DNA of 64,000 bases from Sphingobacteriia bacterium 28-36-52 (GCA_002281575.1 NCGN01000014.1:47711-111710); one strand, 5' to 3'; counted from the stretch's first letter, positions 28,836 to 38,364 are shown. Numbers and translations: made by a program. The notes: generated by a model not told the origin, from the sequence alone.

Positions 28836-31070
28836 ATGAAGAAGATTGTATTTGGATTGTTGTTGATTAACTGTTTTTACATTGTTTCTGCTCAGGATAC
28901 CCCTAGAATGAAGGACACTGGCTTTGTAACTCCTAAATATTTACCAGCAATAACTTTGGTAGGTAGAAATTCAGGATCAGATATTCATTTTCTGCCTGAA
29001 ATCGTAGGAACCAATATTAATGCAGGGAAAAAGAATTCTCTTATTGTAATGGATAATGTGCAAGGCAATGTGGTGACCAACACAATGCGACAGGTAATGG
29101 CCAAAGTGCCAGGGATACATATTTGGGAAAGTGATCCTAGCGGCATTCAAATTGGTATAGCTGCACGTGGACTTAGCCCTAACAGAAGCTGGGAATTCAA
29201 TGTTCGTCAGAATGGGTACGATATTAGTAGCGATCCATTTGGATATCCTGAAGCTTATTATACCCCGCAATTAAATTCCGTACAAAGATTAGAAGTAATT
29301 AGAGGTGCTGGAAGTTTACAATATGGTCCTCAATTTGGTGGTTTAGTGAATTTTATATTGAAAGATGGTAGTGATATTAAGAAACCATTTCAATATGAAT
29401 CTCAGCAAACAGCAGGTAGTTTTGGACTATTCAATTCATACAATGCCATAGGGGGCCAAAATGAGAAAGCCCATTATTATGCTTTTTGGGATCATAGAAA
29501 AGGAAACGGCTTTCGTGAGAACAGTGGTTTTAAAGTGAACACGGCTTTTGCTAATTATTCTTGGAAGCTTAACAAAAAACTTAAACTGGGATTCGAGTTT
29601 ACACATTTTGATTATTTAAGTCAACAGCCCGGTGGATTAACTGATGCACAGTTTAACCAAGATGCTTATAAAAGCTTACGCAGCAGAAACTGGTTTGAAG
29701 TAAAGTGGAATATGGCTGCGTTAAATCTTGATTATGCTATTAACGAGAACAGCAGACTGAATATAAAAGCATTTGCAATGTCTGGCGACAGAAACAGCAT
29801 TGGCTTTATGCAAGCGCCCAATGTTGCCGATACCATTAATGCCACTACACTTCAATTCAATTACAGAAGAGTAGACATAGATCAATATCGTAATTTAGGT
29901 GCAGAAGCACGCTATATTATTGATTATACATTAGGAAAAACAAAACAAACATTGTCTGCAGGTATTCGTTATTTCCGTGGCAAAACATATCGTTTTCAAA
30001 ATGGAAGAGGAGATACTGGGTTTGGCTATAATTTGAATACTTTGGCGCCCTACCCAACTGATCTAGATTTCTTAACCGAGAATACAGCGTTTTTTGCTGA
30101 AAATATATTTAGAATTGGTAAAAATTTGATCTTAATTCCTGGGTTTCGTATGGAGCATATACAAAACACTGCGAATGGTAGAGTAAATCTTAGCGGCAAC
30201 ACTGAACTGAAAATTGGCAACGAAAATAGGAGACGTCAGTTTATTCTTCCAGGAATTGGTGCTGAATACCATATTGGAACAACAGAAATTTATGCCAACT
30301 ATTCACAATCTTATCGTCCTACTTTATTCAGTGATTTAACTGCTAACCCAACTACGGATATCATTGATCAAAATCTTGAAGATGCAAAGGGATATAATAT
30401 AGATTTAGGTTATCGTGGACGAATTAAAGATTATTTATTCTTTGATGTTAGCGGATATATACTTCAATATAATAATCGTATAGGATTAATTGCGCAGCAA
30501 AGGGCAGATGGAAGTTTCTATAATTTCAGAACCAATGTTGGGGATAGCAGAAGTATGGGCGTTGAAGCACTGGTTGAATTTAGCCCAACTAAAGCATGGA
30601 TGAAAAATAATCAATTTGGTCATATAACGCTTTTCACCTCTATTGCTTTTATTAATGCACATTACGAAGAATTTAGAATCATTAGCAGACAAGGAAATAA
30701 TCTGGTAGAAACAAATCTGAAAAATAAACGAGTAGAAAACGCACCTGAAAATATCATCAGAACTGGTATGACTTATACAAAAAAAGGACTGACCATTACT
30801 GCACAATACAGCTATGTTTCAGAAGCCTTTAGTGATGCGAATAACACAATAATACCTCCTGCTAATGGTGTAAATGGATTGATCCCATCCTATAGTTTAG
30901 TGGACCTTAGTGGTACATATAAATTCAATGAAAAACTCTTTTTAAAATCAGGAATCAATAATCTATTGGGAGAGAAATATTTCACCAGACGTGCAGGCGG
31001 TTATCCAGGTCCTGGAATTATGGTTGCAGAACCAAGGAACTTCTTTGTAACAGTGGGTGTGAAATTCTAA
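28836..31070 (+). CDS. TonB-dependent receptor (siderophore-receptor size class)
   Basis: 744 aa with a signal peptide, a plug domain (VEVIRGAGSLQYGPQFGG), a beta-barrel and a terminal F. Confidence 0.9.
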   Translation: MKKIVFGLLLINCFYIVSAQDTPRMKDTGFVTPKYLPAITLVGRNSGSDIHFLPEIVGTNINAGKKNSLIVMDNVQGNVVTNTMRQVMAKVPGIHIWESDPSGIQIGIAARGLSPNRSWEFNVRQNGYDISSDPFGYPEAYYTPQLNSVQRLEVIRGAGSLQYGPQFGGLVNFILKDGSDIKKPFQYESQQTAGSFGLFNSYNAIGGQNEKAHYYAFWDHRKGNGFRENSGFKVNTAFANYSWKLNKKLKLGFEFTHFDYLSQQPGGLTDAQFNQDAYKSLRSRNWFEVKWNMAALNLDYAINENSRLNIKAFAMSGDRNSIGFMQAPNVADTINATTLQFNYRRVDIDQYRNLGAEARYIIDYTLGKTKQTLSAGIRYFRGKTYRFQNGRGDTGFGYNLNTLAPYPTDLDFLTENTAFFAENIFRIGKNLILIPGFRMEHIQNTANGRVNLSGNTELKIGNENRRRQFILPGIGAEYHIGTTEIYANYSQSYRPTLFSDLTANPTTDIIDQNLEDAKGYNIDLGYRGRIKDYLFFDVSGYILQYNNRIGLIAQQRADGSFYNFRTNVGDSRSMGVEALVEFSPTKAWMKNNQFGHITLFTSIAFINAHYEEFRIISRQGNNLVETNLKNKRVENAPENIIRTGMTYTKKGLTITAQYSYVSEAFSDANNTIIPPANGVNGLIPSYSLVDLSGTYKFNEKLFLKSGINNLLGEKYFTRRAGGYPGPGIMVAEPRNFFVTVGVKF

Positions 31071-31103
31071 ATATTTATTTAACCAATCAAAGGTAGATTT
31101 GTG

Positions 31104-31136
31104 AAGGTTATACTTTTAAAGTATAACCTTTATTTA
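31104..31136 (+). terminator. perfect 13-bp hairpin AAGGTTATACTTT/AAAGTATAACCTT after the TonB-dependent receptor; same hairpin family as repeats A/B
   Basis: Perfect inverted repeat at 31104-31116 / 31118-31130 followed by TATTTA. It is preceded by AAAGGTAGA, which resembles the AAGGGGAGC core. Confidence 0.6.
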
Positions 31137-31316
31137 TGAATGACTTCAAGGAAATAATGTTAAAAGAGTTGATAATAGCAAACAGTATTATACAGTATAG
31201 TCCTAACCAAGCACTAGTTTGATATTGGTACATTTGGTTATTTCCGAGATTTAAAAGTAATCAAAAGACCATTGAAAACTAAGCCTGATAGTATTGAAAA
31301 AGTAAATGGCATTTAA
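31135..31316 (+). pseudogene. 3' remnant of a paralogue of the 25761..26510 gene
   Basis: 31218..31316 reads FDIGTFGYFRDLKVIKRPLKTKPDSIEKVNGI*, compared with VDIATIGYFKDLKVIKRAFKAPKKKEEKQDGI* at the end of 25761..26510. Weaker similarity (ELIIANSIIQYS vs EMFINNMKYS) occurs upstream in another frame. There is no N-terminal part. Confidence 0.65.
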
Positions 31317-31317
31317 T

Positions 31318-31824
31318 TTACACAAATAAAAGTACCAAAGCAATTGCTACACCTGCTATAGTAAATAAAATTCCCTTTTTGAATATTTGGGTTCCCGGAG
31401 CAAACATCCAGAAAGTAGAGAGTACAAAAAACATTAATGAACAGCCAAAAAATATATTTAAGTAAAAAAGTGGATGTGTTGTGTTGGCTTTGTGAAAATT
31501 ATTCATTTTGCTCACTATATAGGGCAGTTCTTTTACCTTATAGTCTGCTATTCCTGTTTTTAAGTTGTAAGTGCCTTTTTCAAAAACAAGTAGGTCTCCT
31601 TGCTGCTTTATAATTTTTAAATTTTTAATCTTTATGACTTTCCCAATCGCTTCTTCATCTAGATTGGTGGCAATTGTTTCAATTTTATGTTTCTCTTTTT
31701 TTAGAAAATCAGTATTTCGGAAAATTAATATGATTCCACTAACAGAATAAATTGCCATGATACCTGCTAAAAAAAATCCTAAGTAACGATGATAAACTCT
31801 CATTTTTTTTGATACTGCACTCAT
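31318..31824 (-). CDS. PepSY-associated TM-helix-like membrane protein
   Basis: VYHRYLGFFLAGIMAIYSVSGI resembles the PepSY_TM motif. It has three TM segments and lies next to a TonB-dependent receptor. Confidence 0.5.
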   Translation of the reverse strand: MSAVSKKMRVYHRYLGFFLAGIMAIYSVSGIILIFRNTDFLKKEKHKIETIATNLDEEAIGKVIKIKNLKIIKQQGDLLVFEKGTYNLKTGIADYKVKELPYIVSKMNNFHKANTTHPLFYLNIFFGCSLMFFVLSTFWMFAPGTQIFKKGILFTIAGVAIALVLLFV

Positions 31825-31973
31825 AATTTTTTTGTATAAATTTTGGCGAAACTATCTACTCAAGTCTTCAGTAGCTATCCTAATCGGGAAAAAGTTTTAC
31901 GATATCAGTAAGTAAATGGACCACCATGTTTTTTTTAACTAGAATTTTATTTGTGTTTCGCAAGAATTACCTT

Positions 31974-31992
31974 TACTTTGTAATTCAAAGTA
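31974..31992. promoter_or_regulatory. perfect palindrome TACTTTG-taatt-CAAAGTA upstream of the 32010 operon (candidate operator)
   Basis: 7-bp arms and a 5-bp spacer, 18 nt upstream of the ATG at 32010. Confidence 0.4.
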
Positions 31993-32009
31993 CTTTTAAA
32001 TAAATTATA

Positions 32010-32648
32010 ATGAATAAACAACAGGATCAGTTAGATGCCATCCACGACATAAAAAGGTTGATGGAAAGGTCATCTAAATTTTCTGCTTTAAGCGGTCGTT
32101 CGGGTGTTGTAGTAGGCCTATTTGCCCTTTTATCAATTTTAATAAGCTATAGTATCCTTGGAATTTCTCCACTTAATTCAGTTTCTTATTTAGCTATTCT
32201 TGCTCCAAATGGAGTAATCAATAATGAATTAGTGAATTTAATAGCCATCAATTTGGGCTGCACTTTATTGATTTCCTTTTTAACAGCCATCTGGCTTTCA
32301 AATAAAAATGCAGTTAAACGAGGTGAGAAAACATGGGACCTTTCGGCAAAAAGAATGTTACTCAATTTTAGCATACCCATGACTGCAGGTGCTATCTATT
32401 GCTCCATTTTATTCGCGCAAAGTCATATTGAACTAATCATTCCAGCTACACTCCTTTTTTATGGGCTATCCTTATTAAATGCAAGTAAATATACCGTTGA
32501 TGATATTAGGTATTTAGGTGTATTGCTAATAATTCTTGGTTTACTAGCATCCTTTTATGTTGACCAAGCTTTTCTCTTTTGGGGACTTGGATTTGGGTTA
32601 TTGCATATTATTTACGGATCGTTCATGTACTTTAAATACGAAAAGTGA
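32010..32648 (+). CDS. hypothetical polytopic membrane protein
   Basis: 212 aa with about 5 hydrophobic segments. Its stop overlaps the GTG start of the next gene. Confidence 0.6.
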   Translation: MNKQQDQLDAIHDIKRLMERSSKFSALSGRSGVVVGLFALLSILISYSILGISPLNSVSYLAILAPNGVINNELVNLIAINLGCTLLISFLTAIWLSNKNAVKRGEKTWDLSAKRMLLNFSIPMTAGAIYCSILFAQSHIELIIPATLLFYGLSLLNASKYTVDDIRYLGVLLIILGLLASFYVDQAFLFWGLGFGLLHIIYGSFMYFKYEK

Positions 32649-32944
32649 AAAATAGCATAGAGGCTTTAAATAAGGCATTTGAAAGCAGAGTTAGATTAGG
32701 CATTATGTCAATTCTAATGGTAGCAGAATCGGTAGATTTTGGTACGCTGAAAGCTGAATTAAAAATTACGGATGGCAATATAGCAAGCCATATCTCTGCA
32801 TTAGAAAAACTAGAATATATTAATGTAAAAAAGCAATTTATTGGCAAAAAGCCCAATACCACTTATACCATAACAGCTAAAGGCAGGAAGGCATTCACAT
32901 TACATATTCATGCATTAGAAAAATTAATTAATCAAACACTTTAA
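32645..32944 (+). CDS. winged-helix transcriptional regulator (HTH_34-like)
   Basis: RVRLGIMSIL..VDFGTLKAELKITDGNIASHISALEKLEYINVKKQFIGKKPNTTYTITAKGRKAF fits the HTH_34 winged-helix pattern. Confidence 0.75.
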   Translation: MKNSIEALNKAFESRVRLGIMSILMVAESVDFGTLKAELKITDGNIASHISALEKLEYINVKKQFIGKKPNTTYTITAKGRKAFTLHIHALEKLINQTL

Positions 32945-32955
32945 TACGAATACAA

Positions 32956-34218
32956 ATGGAAGGAAAATTGGTTACTAAAGCCATCATTGACAATCTAGAA
33001 AATCCGAGTCAATTAGAGCAACTGTATCAAAGTGACAAAAAAATATTTATTCATTCATTTGAAGATGTATATAAACAATTCAACCATCACCTTTCAGCAC
33101 AAATTTGGAATGAACGGTTAAACAAAAGATATGAGGTAAATGGTTTAGCATTTAAAAAACAAGATTTATTATTTCTGCTGATAGGATCACTCATTGCAGG
33201 ATTTATTGCAAAAATTCCTTACTTTTTTAAATTAATAGAAGATGAATATTATGCAAAAAATATTTCGTTTATTGTAGTTCCAATACTGGTGATATTTTTT
33301 TCATGGAAAAAGAACTTAAATCCTAAAAAAATAGCACTACCGTTAATGTTAATTATAGCATCGGTGTTGTATATCAATCTATTGCCCCCAATAGGTTCAA
33401 ATAATTCACTCATTTTAGCATGCATGCACTTACCCATATTCTTGTGGTCGGTAGTGGGATACACTTTCATTGGGGCTGACTTAAAAAATAATGCTTTAAA
33501 AATTAACTACTTAAAATTTAATGGAGACTTATTAGTAATGAGCGCATTGCTAGTAATAGCTGGGGGACTATTTTCAGGAATCACATTGGGGTTATTTAAT
33601 CTAATTGAAGTAAAGATTGAGCAGTTCTATTTTAATTACGTAGTGGTTTGGGGATTGTCTTCTATTCCATTAATTGCAACTTATTTAGTGCAAACAAATC
33701 CAAGTCTCGTTAGTAAAATTTCCCCAATTATAGCTAGAATATTTACACCATTGGTTTTGATAACAGTATTGACATTTTTAACAACCTTACTCTACACTGG
33801 TAAAAACATTTACAGTGATAGAAATTTTTTATTGATTTTTAATGCTTTACTAATTGGTGTAATGGCAATAATATTATTCTCGGTTACAGAAGCAACAAAA
33901 AATGAGTCAAATAAAATAACGCTATTGGTATTATTAATACTTTCGATTTTAACAGTAGTAGTAAATGGAATAGCACTATCTGCCATTTTATTTAGATTGG
34001 CTGAATTTGGCATCACTCCCAATCGATTAGCTATATTAGGAGCAAATCTGCTAATTTTTGTTAACCTGATTTTGGTATCTCTACAATTATATCAGGTAGT
34101 ATCAAAAAAAGCGCCAGTAGAAAAGGTTGGATTAGTAATTGCAACTTTTATTCCATATTATGCTATATGGGCATTCTTAGTAGCTTTTCTATTCCCTATT
34201 TTATTTCAATACAAATAA
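32956..34218 (+). CDS. polytopic membrane protein (DUF4153-like guess)
   Basis: 420 aa with at least 10 hydrophobic segments. Its position after an HTH_34 regulator is a common pairing. The family assignment is not verified. Confidence 0.6.
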   Translation: MEGKLVTKAIIDNLENPSQLEQLYQSDKKIFIHSFEDVYKQFNHHLSAQIWNERLNKRYEVNGLAFKKQDLLFLLIGSLIAGFIAKIPYFFKLIEDEYYAKNISFIVVPILVIFFSWKKNLNPKKIALPLMLIIASVLYINLLPPIGSNNSLILACMHLPIFLWSVVGYTFIGADLKNNALKINYLKFNGDLLVMSALLVIAGGLFSGITLGLFNLIEVKIEQFYFNYVVVWGLSSIPLIATYLVQTNPSLVSKISPIIARIFTPLVLITVLTFLTTLLYTGKNIYSDRNFLLIFNALLIGVMAIILFSVTEATKNESNKITLLVLLILSILTVVVNGIALSAILFRLAEFGITPNRLAILGANLLIFVNLILVSLQLYQVVSKKAPVEKVGLVIATFIPYYAIWAFLVAFLFPILFQYK

Positions 34219-34824
34219 ACCAACTGTTACTGTTTCCTCATTATACATAATATCAACTAGTGCTCGATTAACTATTGATGATCCTAATTCTTCTATAAAT
34301 GGGCTTGTGGTAATTCGCTCGGGGGTGGCTATAATTATGGTAGTACCCTTTTTAATAAATTGCTGAATCAGTTTTAGCAAAGATTCAAATTGGGAAGGTG
34401 CATAATTGGTATCACTCAACAATACTACATCAGCGTTGATTGAAACGGGAAAGAAATTCCAATCAGCGCAAATTACTTTAATGGTTTGAACACCGCATTG
34501 CTCCAAATTTATTTTCATCAATTCAACAGCGTCAATAGAATAATCTGTAATTATTATTTCAGCTACATCTTTAGCAATCGAAAATGAAGGCAAACCAAGT
34601 CCTGCCCCTATTTCTACAACTGCTTTGCGTTTAATCAAATGGAGGTTCTGTTGAAGAAATGTAGTCAACGCAACTGCAGATGGCCAAACTTTTGCCCAAA
34701 AAGGAAAGGGCGTTGCTTGATTTTCTAAAAGCATTGCCTCGTATGTTGGTTTAACCAATAATGGATCTGGTATGTATAATTTTAGATTATTGGGAAATTC
34801 TTTGAGTACAAGGGGATATTGCAT
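34201..34824 (-). CDS. class I SAM-dependent methyltransferase
   Basis: Motif I VVEIGAGLGLPS and post-I IITDY. The ATG at 34824 is preferred over the TTG at 34839. Confidence 0.7.
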   Translation of the reverse strand: MQYPLVLKEFPNNLKLYIPDPLLVKPTYEAMLLENQATPFPFWAKVWPSAVALTTFLQQNLHLIKRKAVVEIGAGLGLPSFSIAKDVAEIIITDYSIDAVELMKINLEQCGVQTIKVICADWNFFPVSINADVVLLSDTNYAPSQFESLLKLIQQFIKKGTTIIIATPERITTSPFIEELGSSIVNRALVDIMYNEETVTVGLFVLK

Positions 34825-34844
34825 ATTACAAAATGGCAAAGCTG

Positions 34845-35990
34845 TTACTTTAAAAGGATATTCTCGTATAAGCTATTTACAGTTTTCTTTATTATTGCAT
34901 TGAATCCATCTATATATTTTTGTTCACTGCCATTGATAATTACTACAAAACCATATTTTTTATTTGGCTCAAAAAACATTGCGCTGTTTAATCCATAAGC
35001 CGATCCAGTATGTCCTGTTAATGTAATTCCATTAATTAATTTATTCGATTTGGAAAGCGCCAATCCATATTGTTCTTTTTCTGAAAGCATAGTTTGCATT
35101 TGCTTGGCACTTCTTCTAGAAATAATTCTCTTGCCATTGGCCTTACCCATCCTACTGTGCATGATCATGTATTTGGCTAAATCAGTTGCTGAGATTTTCA
35201 TTCCTCCGGTTGGAGAAAAAATAGGTGTTGAATAACCCATTGTATAATTGGCAATTTCTTCACTTCTTGGAGCATAGGCATTGGGAGACAAAATAAACTT
35301 AGCAGAGTCAGTATTATACTCATAAATAGCTGCGAATTTTTCTTTATCTAATGAGTCTACACAATAACCACCATATAATTGTAAAGGTTGCAAAATATGT
35401 TGCTGAATATAAGTATCAAATCGTTCCCCCGAAATTTTCTCAATAATGGTTCCTACCATATTGTAGTTCAAATTGCAATACATATATCCCGAATCTGGAG
35501 CATAGTTATTATAGCATTTAGCCCAGTTGGCATTCTTAGCAGGATTAATAGCATCTAAACTAAAGTAGCCTTGACTATCATTTATAGAAGATCGATGAGA
35601 CAAAACCATTCTAAGGGTAATTGGTGTTTCAGGAAATTTGGGATTGCGAATAATAAATCCTACCAACTTACTCATATCATCATCTAACGATATCAATCTT
35701 TTTTCTACTAGTTGCATGATGGCGGTAGCTGAAAATGACTTTGAAATTGATGCAATTCTAAAAATAGCTGAATTGGTTAGTGGTGTTTGCATCTCTTGGT
35801 TCTTTAATCCAAAAGATTGCGCATACACAATTTCATTTTTCTTTATTACTGCTACAGACATACCCATTACTTTATGGCTATTCATAATAGCATTAATAGA
35901 TGAGTCTGCCAATGAATTTTGTCCATTAATAAAAAATGGATATATCAAAAGCAGACTCGCTATAAAAAATATATAATTTGCTTTACGCAT
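34845..35990 (-). CDS. serine hydrolase of the beta-lactamase (class C / PBP4*) family
   Basis: Signal peptide and SxxK motif (ASISKSF). Later YCNLNY and HTGS.YG motifs. Confidence 0.8.
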   Translation of the reverse strand: MRKANYIFFIASLLLIYPFFINGQNSLADSSINAIMNSHKVMGMSVAVIKKNEIVYAQSFGLKNQEMQTPLTNSAIFRIASISKSFSATAIMQLVEKRLISLDDDMSKLVGFIIRNPKFPETPITLRMVLSHRSSINDSQGYFSLDAINPAKNANWAKCYNNYAPDSGYMYCNLNYNMVGTIIEKISGERFDTYIQQHILQPLQLYGGYCVDSLDKEKFAAIYEYNTDSAKFILSPNAYAPRSEEIANYTMGYSTPIFSPTGGMKISATDLAKYMIMHSRMGKANGKRIISRRSAKQMQTMLSEKEQYGLALSKSNKLINGITLTGHTGSAYGLNSAMFFEPNKKYGFVVIINGSEQKYIDGFNAIIKKTVNSLYENILLK

Positions 35991-36025
35991 TTGCCCAAGA
36001 TTTATGGGTGATTGAATGCATAAAT

Positions 36026-36742
36026 TTAAGGGTTAGTAGACCAAATAGAACTGTCTTTTACAAATACCCTTCTGTTTAATTTTAATTGCGCAATAATCAA
36101 TTCTGCAAAATCTTCTGGATGCATCAAACGGTCTTCATTGTTGTTAATTAAATTAGCTGAATGCGCTAATTCAGTTACAACAGTGCTAGGGGCCATTGCT
36201 GTTACACGGATATTGTATTTGCGAACTTCATGCATTAATGACTCTGTTAATCCCATTACACCAAACTTAGATGCACTGTAAGCGCTGGTTGTTGCTGCCC
36301 CTTTTAAACCTGCTGTAGAAGATATATTTACAATATCCCCTGTTAAACGCTTCATCATATTAGGCAACACTGCCCGTGTAGTATAATACACGCCAAATAA
36401 ATTGACTTTCACTTGCTGCTCCCAAACTTCAGGGGATAGATCTAAGAATTTACCAAATGTACCAGTGCCTGCATTGTTAATTAAAATATCAATTGGGCCC
36501 AATGTATTTTCAATTTTCTCTACTGCCCAGTTTACTGCATTGATATTACTGATATCAGCAGGGGCAATGATTGATTTAACTCCTATTAACACAAGCTCCG
36601 CCGACAAATCCTGGAGGTCTTTTTCTGTTCGTGCTATCAATCCTATATGAACACCTTCTTTTGCCAATGCAATGGCAATGGCTTTTCCAATTCCTTTTCC
36701 TGCTCCTGTTACTAGGGCTACTTTATCTTTCAATGATTCCAT
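36026..36742 (-). CDS. short-chain dehydrogenase/reductase (SDR)
   Basis: TGAGKGIGKAIA, NNAG and YSASK motifs. The ATG at 36742 (MESLKDK) avoids overlap with the upstream OYE gene. Confidence 0.85.
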   Translation of the reverse strand: MESLKDKVALVTGAGKGIGKAIAIALAKEGVHIGLIARTEKDLQDLSAELVLIGVKSIIAPADISNINAVNWAVEKIENTLGPIDILINNAGTGTFGKFLDLSPEVWEQQVKVNLFGVYYTTRAVLPNMMKRLTGDIVNISSTAGLKGAATTSAYSASKFGVMGLTESLMHEVRKYNIRVTAMAPSTVVTELAHSANLINNNEDRLMHPEDFAELIIAQLKLNRRVFVKDSSIWSTNP

Positions 36743-36752
36743 GATAATTGAT

Positions 36753-37850
36753 TTATTTAGCTGAATAAAAAGGGTAATCGGTATATCCTTTTTCTCCGGG
36801 GGTATAAAAAGTTTGTTGATCAACTTCATTTAAAGGTGCATCTAATTGAAACCTATTTACTAAATCTGGATTAGCAATAAACGGAACACCAAAAGCTACT
36901 AAATCAGCATCGCCGGCTTCTAAAACCTGTGTTGCTGTATCCTTATTAAAACCTTTATTTATTATTAACGTTCCTTTATAGATGGGTCTGTAATGCTTGG
37001 CCACTTCAGAAACTGCAAAGGGTAATTGATCAACTGGAATAAATGGTTCGGTCAAATGCAAGTAAGCCAATCCATAATCATTGAGTTTATTTACAATATA
37101 ATCGTGTGTAGCAATGGTAGTTTCATCCATGGTAATTCCAAATAAACCATTTAAGCTTGGGCTTAATCTTAATCCAACTTTACTATACTCAATAACTCCT
37201 TTAAATGCATCTAAAATATCAAATAAAATTCTAGCACGATTTTCAATTGAACCACCATATTCATCATTACGATTATTAGAAGTAGCATTAAAAAACTGCT
37301 GCAATAAATACCCATTAGCGCCATGGATTTCTACACCATCAAACCCAGCTTTAATAGCATTAGCCGCTGCATTTTTAAAGTCTTGTACGGTTTGTTTAAT
37401 TTCGTCAATGGTCATTTCCTTGGGCGTTACTGTATCAGTAAATCCATTTTTTGTGTAAGATTTTTCGTTGGGATTAATAGCTGATGGTGCAAGCGGTAAT
37501 GCTCCATTATGAAAATCAGGATGCGACATTCTTCCAACATGCCATAATTGTATAAAAATTTTGCCTCCCTTTTCATGTACTGCTTTAGTTACTAACTTCC
37601 AGCCTTCTATTTGTTCTTCGGTATAAATACCGGGAACATTAATATAGCCAACACCCCAACTGCTTACTGGTGAGCCCTCAGTTACAATTAATCCCGCACT
37701 TGCTCTTTGTGCATAATAAGTTGCCATTAACTGATTGGGAACGCCTGCTGCGTTGTCTGCTCTGCTTCGAGTCATTGGTGCCATCACCATTTTATTAGTT
37801 AACTCCAATCCTGCCAACTGATATGGCGTAAATAATACTGAACTATTCAT
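36753..37850 (-). CDS. Old Yellow Enzyme family NADH:flavin oxidoreductase (alkene reductase)
   Basis: MAPMTRSRA, LWHVGR, GFDGVEIHGANGYLLQQF. Confidence 0.85.
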   Translation of the reverse strand: MNSSVLFTPYQLAGLELTNKMVMAPMTRSRADNAAGVPNQLMATYYAQRASAGLIVTEGSPVSSWGVGYINVPGIYTEEQIEGWKLVTKAVHEKGGKIFIQLWHVGRMSHPDFHNGALPLAPSAINPNEKSYTKNGFTDTVTPKEMTIDEIKQTVQDFKNAAANAIKAGFDGVEIHGANGYLLQQFFNATSNNRNDEYGGSIENRARILFDILDAFKGVIEYSKVGLRLSPSLNGLFGITMDETTIATHDYIVNKLNDYGLAYLHLTEPFIPVDQLPFAVSEVAKHYRPIYKGTLIINKGFNKDTATQVLEAGDADLVAFGVPFIANPDLVNRFQLDAPLNEVDQQTFYTPGEKGYTDYPFYSAK

Positions 37851-37859
37851 ATTGTTGTT

Positions 37860-38345
37860 TTATATAAGTGACTTTTTAAAAATGGGTTTTAATCCACATA
37901 ATTGAACAATTTCTCCGGTAATTGATAAAGACGATTCATCGTTTCCTTCTACAATAGCTGCGGTAATGGCCCAGTCAACCGAAATGAACTTTGAATAGGG
38001 CAAAATATTTTGAAGGGTAACCGTGTCGGATGATGCCTGTTTTATTTGAATGACTGTTTTGCAAGTAGTGACTTCGTTAATTTTCGTGGCAATGGCTTCT
38101 TGCTCACCTATTTGGTCTGCTGCAATAATTATAATATCACCTTCCCATGATGCATCTTTACTACAAACAACCATTTCTACTTGAGCTGTAGGATGGTTTT
38201 TAACAACCAACTCTTTTACTTGATTTAGTTTTTCTTCGCTATTATCCATTAACAATAATGGATATTTTAAAGCAATTTTTTGGGCAATTAGTTGACCAAC
38301 TTCTGATCCAGCACCCAAAATAGCAACGGTAAGATTGTATTGCAT
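37860..38345 (-). CDS. NAD(P)-binding Rossmann-like domain protein
   Basis: VAILGAGSEVGQ dinucleotide-binding motif. 161 aa, first gene of a three-gene operon. Confidence 0.55.
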   Translation of the reverse strand: MQYNLTVAILGAGSEVGQLIAQKIALKYPLLLMDNSEEKLNQVKELVVKNHPTAQVEMVVCSKDASWEGDIIIIAADQIGEQEAIATKINEVTTCKTVIQIKQASSDTVTLQNILPYSKFISVDWAITAAIVEGNDESSLSITGEIVQLCGLKPIFKKSLI

Positions 38346-38364
38346 TAATCAATTAATTGAAAAG

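Noticed and set aside
24338-31136. The idea that the recurring gene-end hairpins are integron attC sites and the region is a gene-cassette array.
   Set aside because: The hairpin arms (GGTTATAC / GTATAACC) do not fit the R''/R' cores RYYYAAC / GTTRRRY. One gene (HxlR) is in the opposite orientation. Cassette sizes are irregular (up to a 2.2-kb receptor), and no intI-like integrase is in the window. The observation is kept as a repeat-family finding, not as an integron.
24204-31824. A genomic island or integrative element inserted at tRNA-Asn.
   Set aside because: There is no integrase, excisionase, transfer or phage gene, and no clean direct repeat of the tRNA 3' end. There are only short, patchy similarities (GAA[AG]GGGGAGC). 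At most it is an old, decayed variable region, and comparative genomics is needed.
36743-36829. N-terminal extension of the SDR ORF (MKLINKLFIPPEKKDIPITLFIQLNKSII) overlapping the end of the OYE gene.
   Set aside because: The Rossmann motif begins right after the internal ATG at 36742 (MESLKDKVALVTGAGKGIG). The extension overlaps the upstream gene by 77 nt and has no homology-like features.
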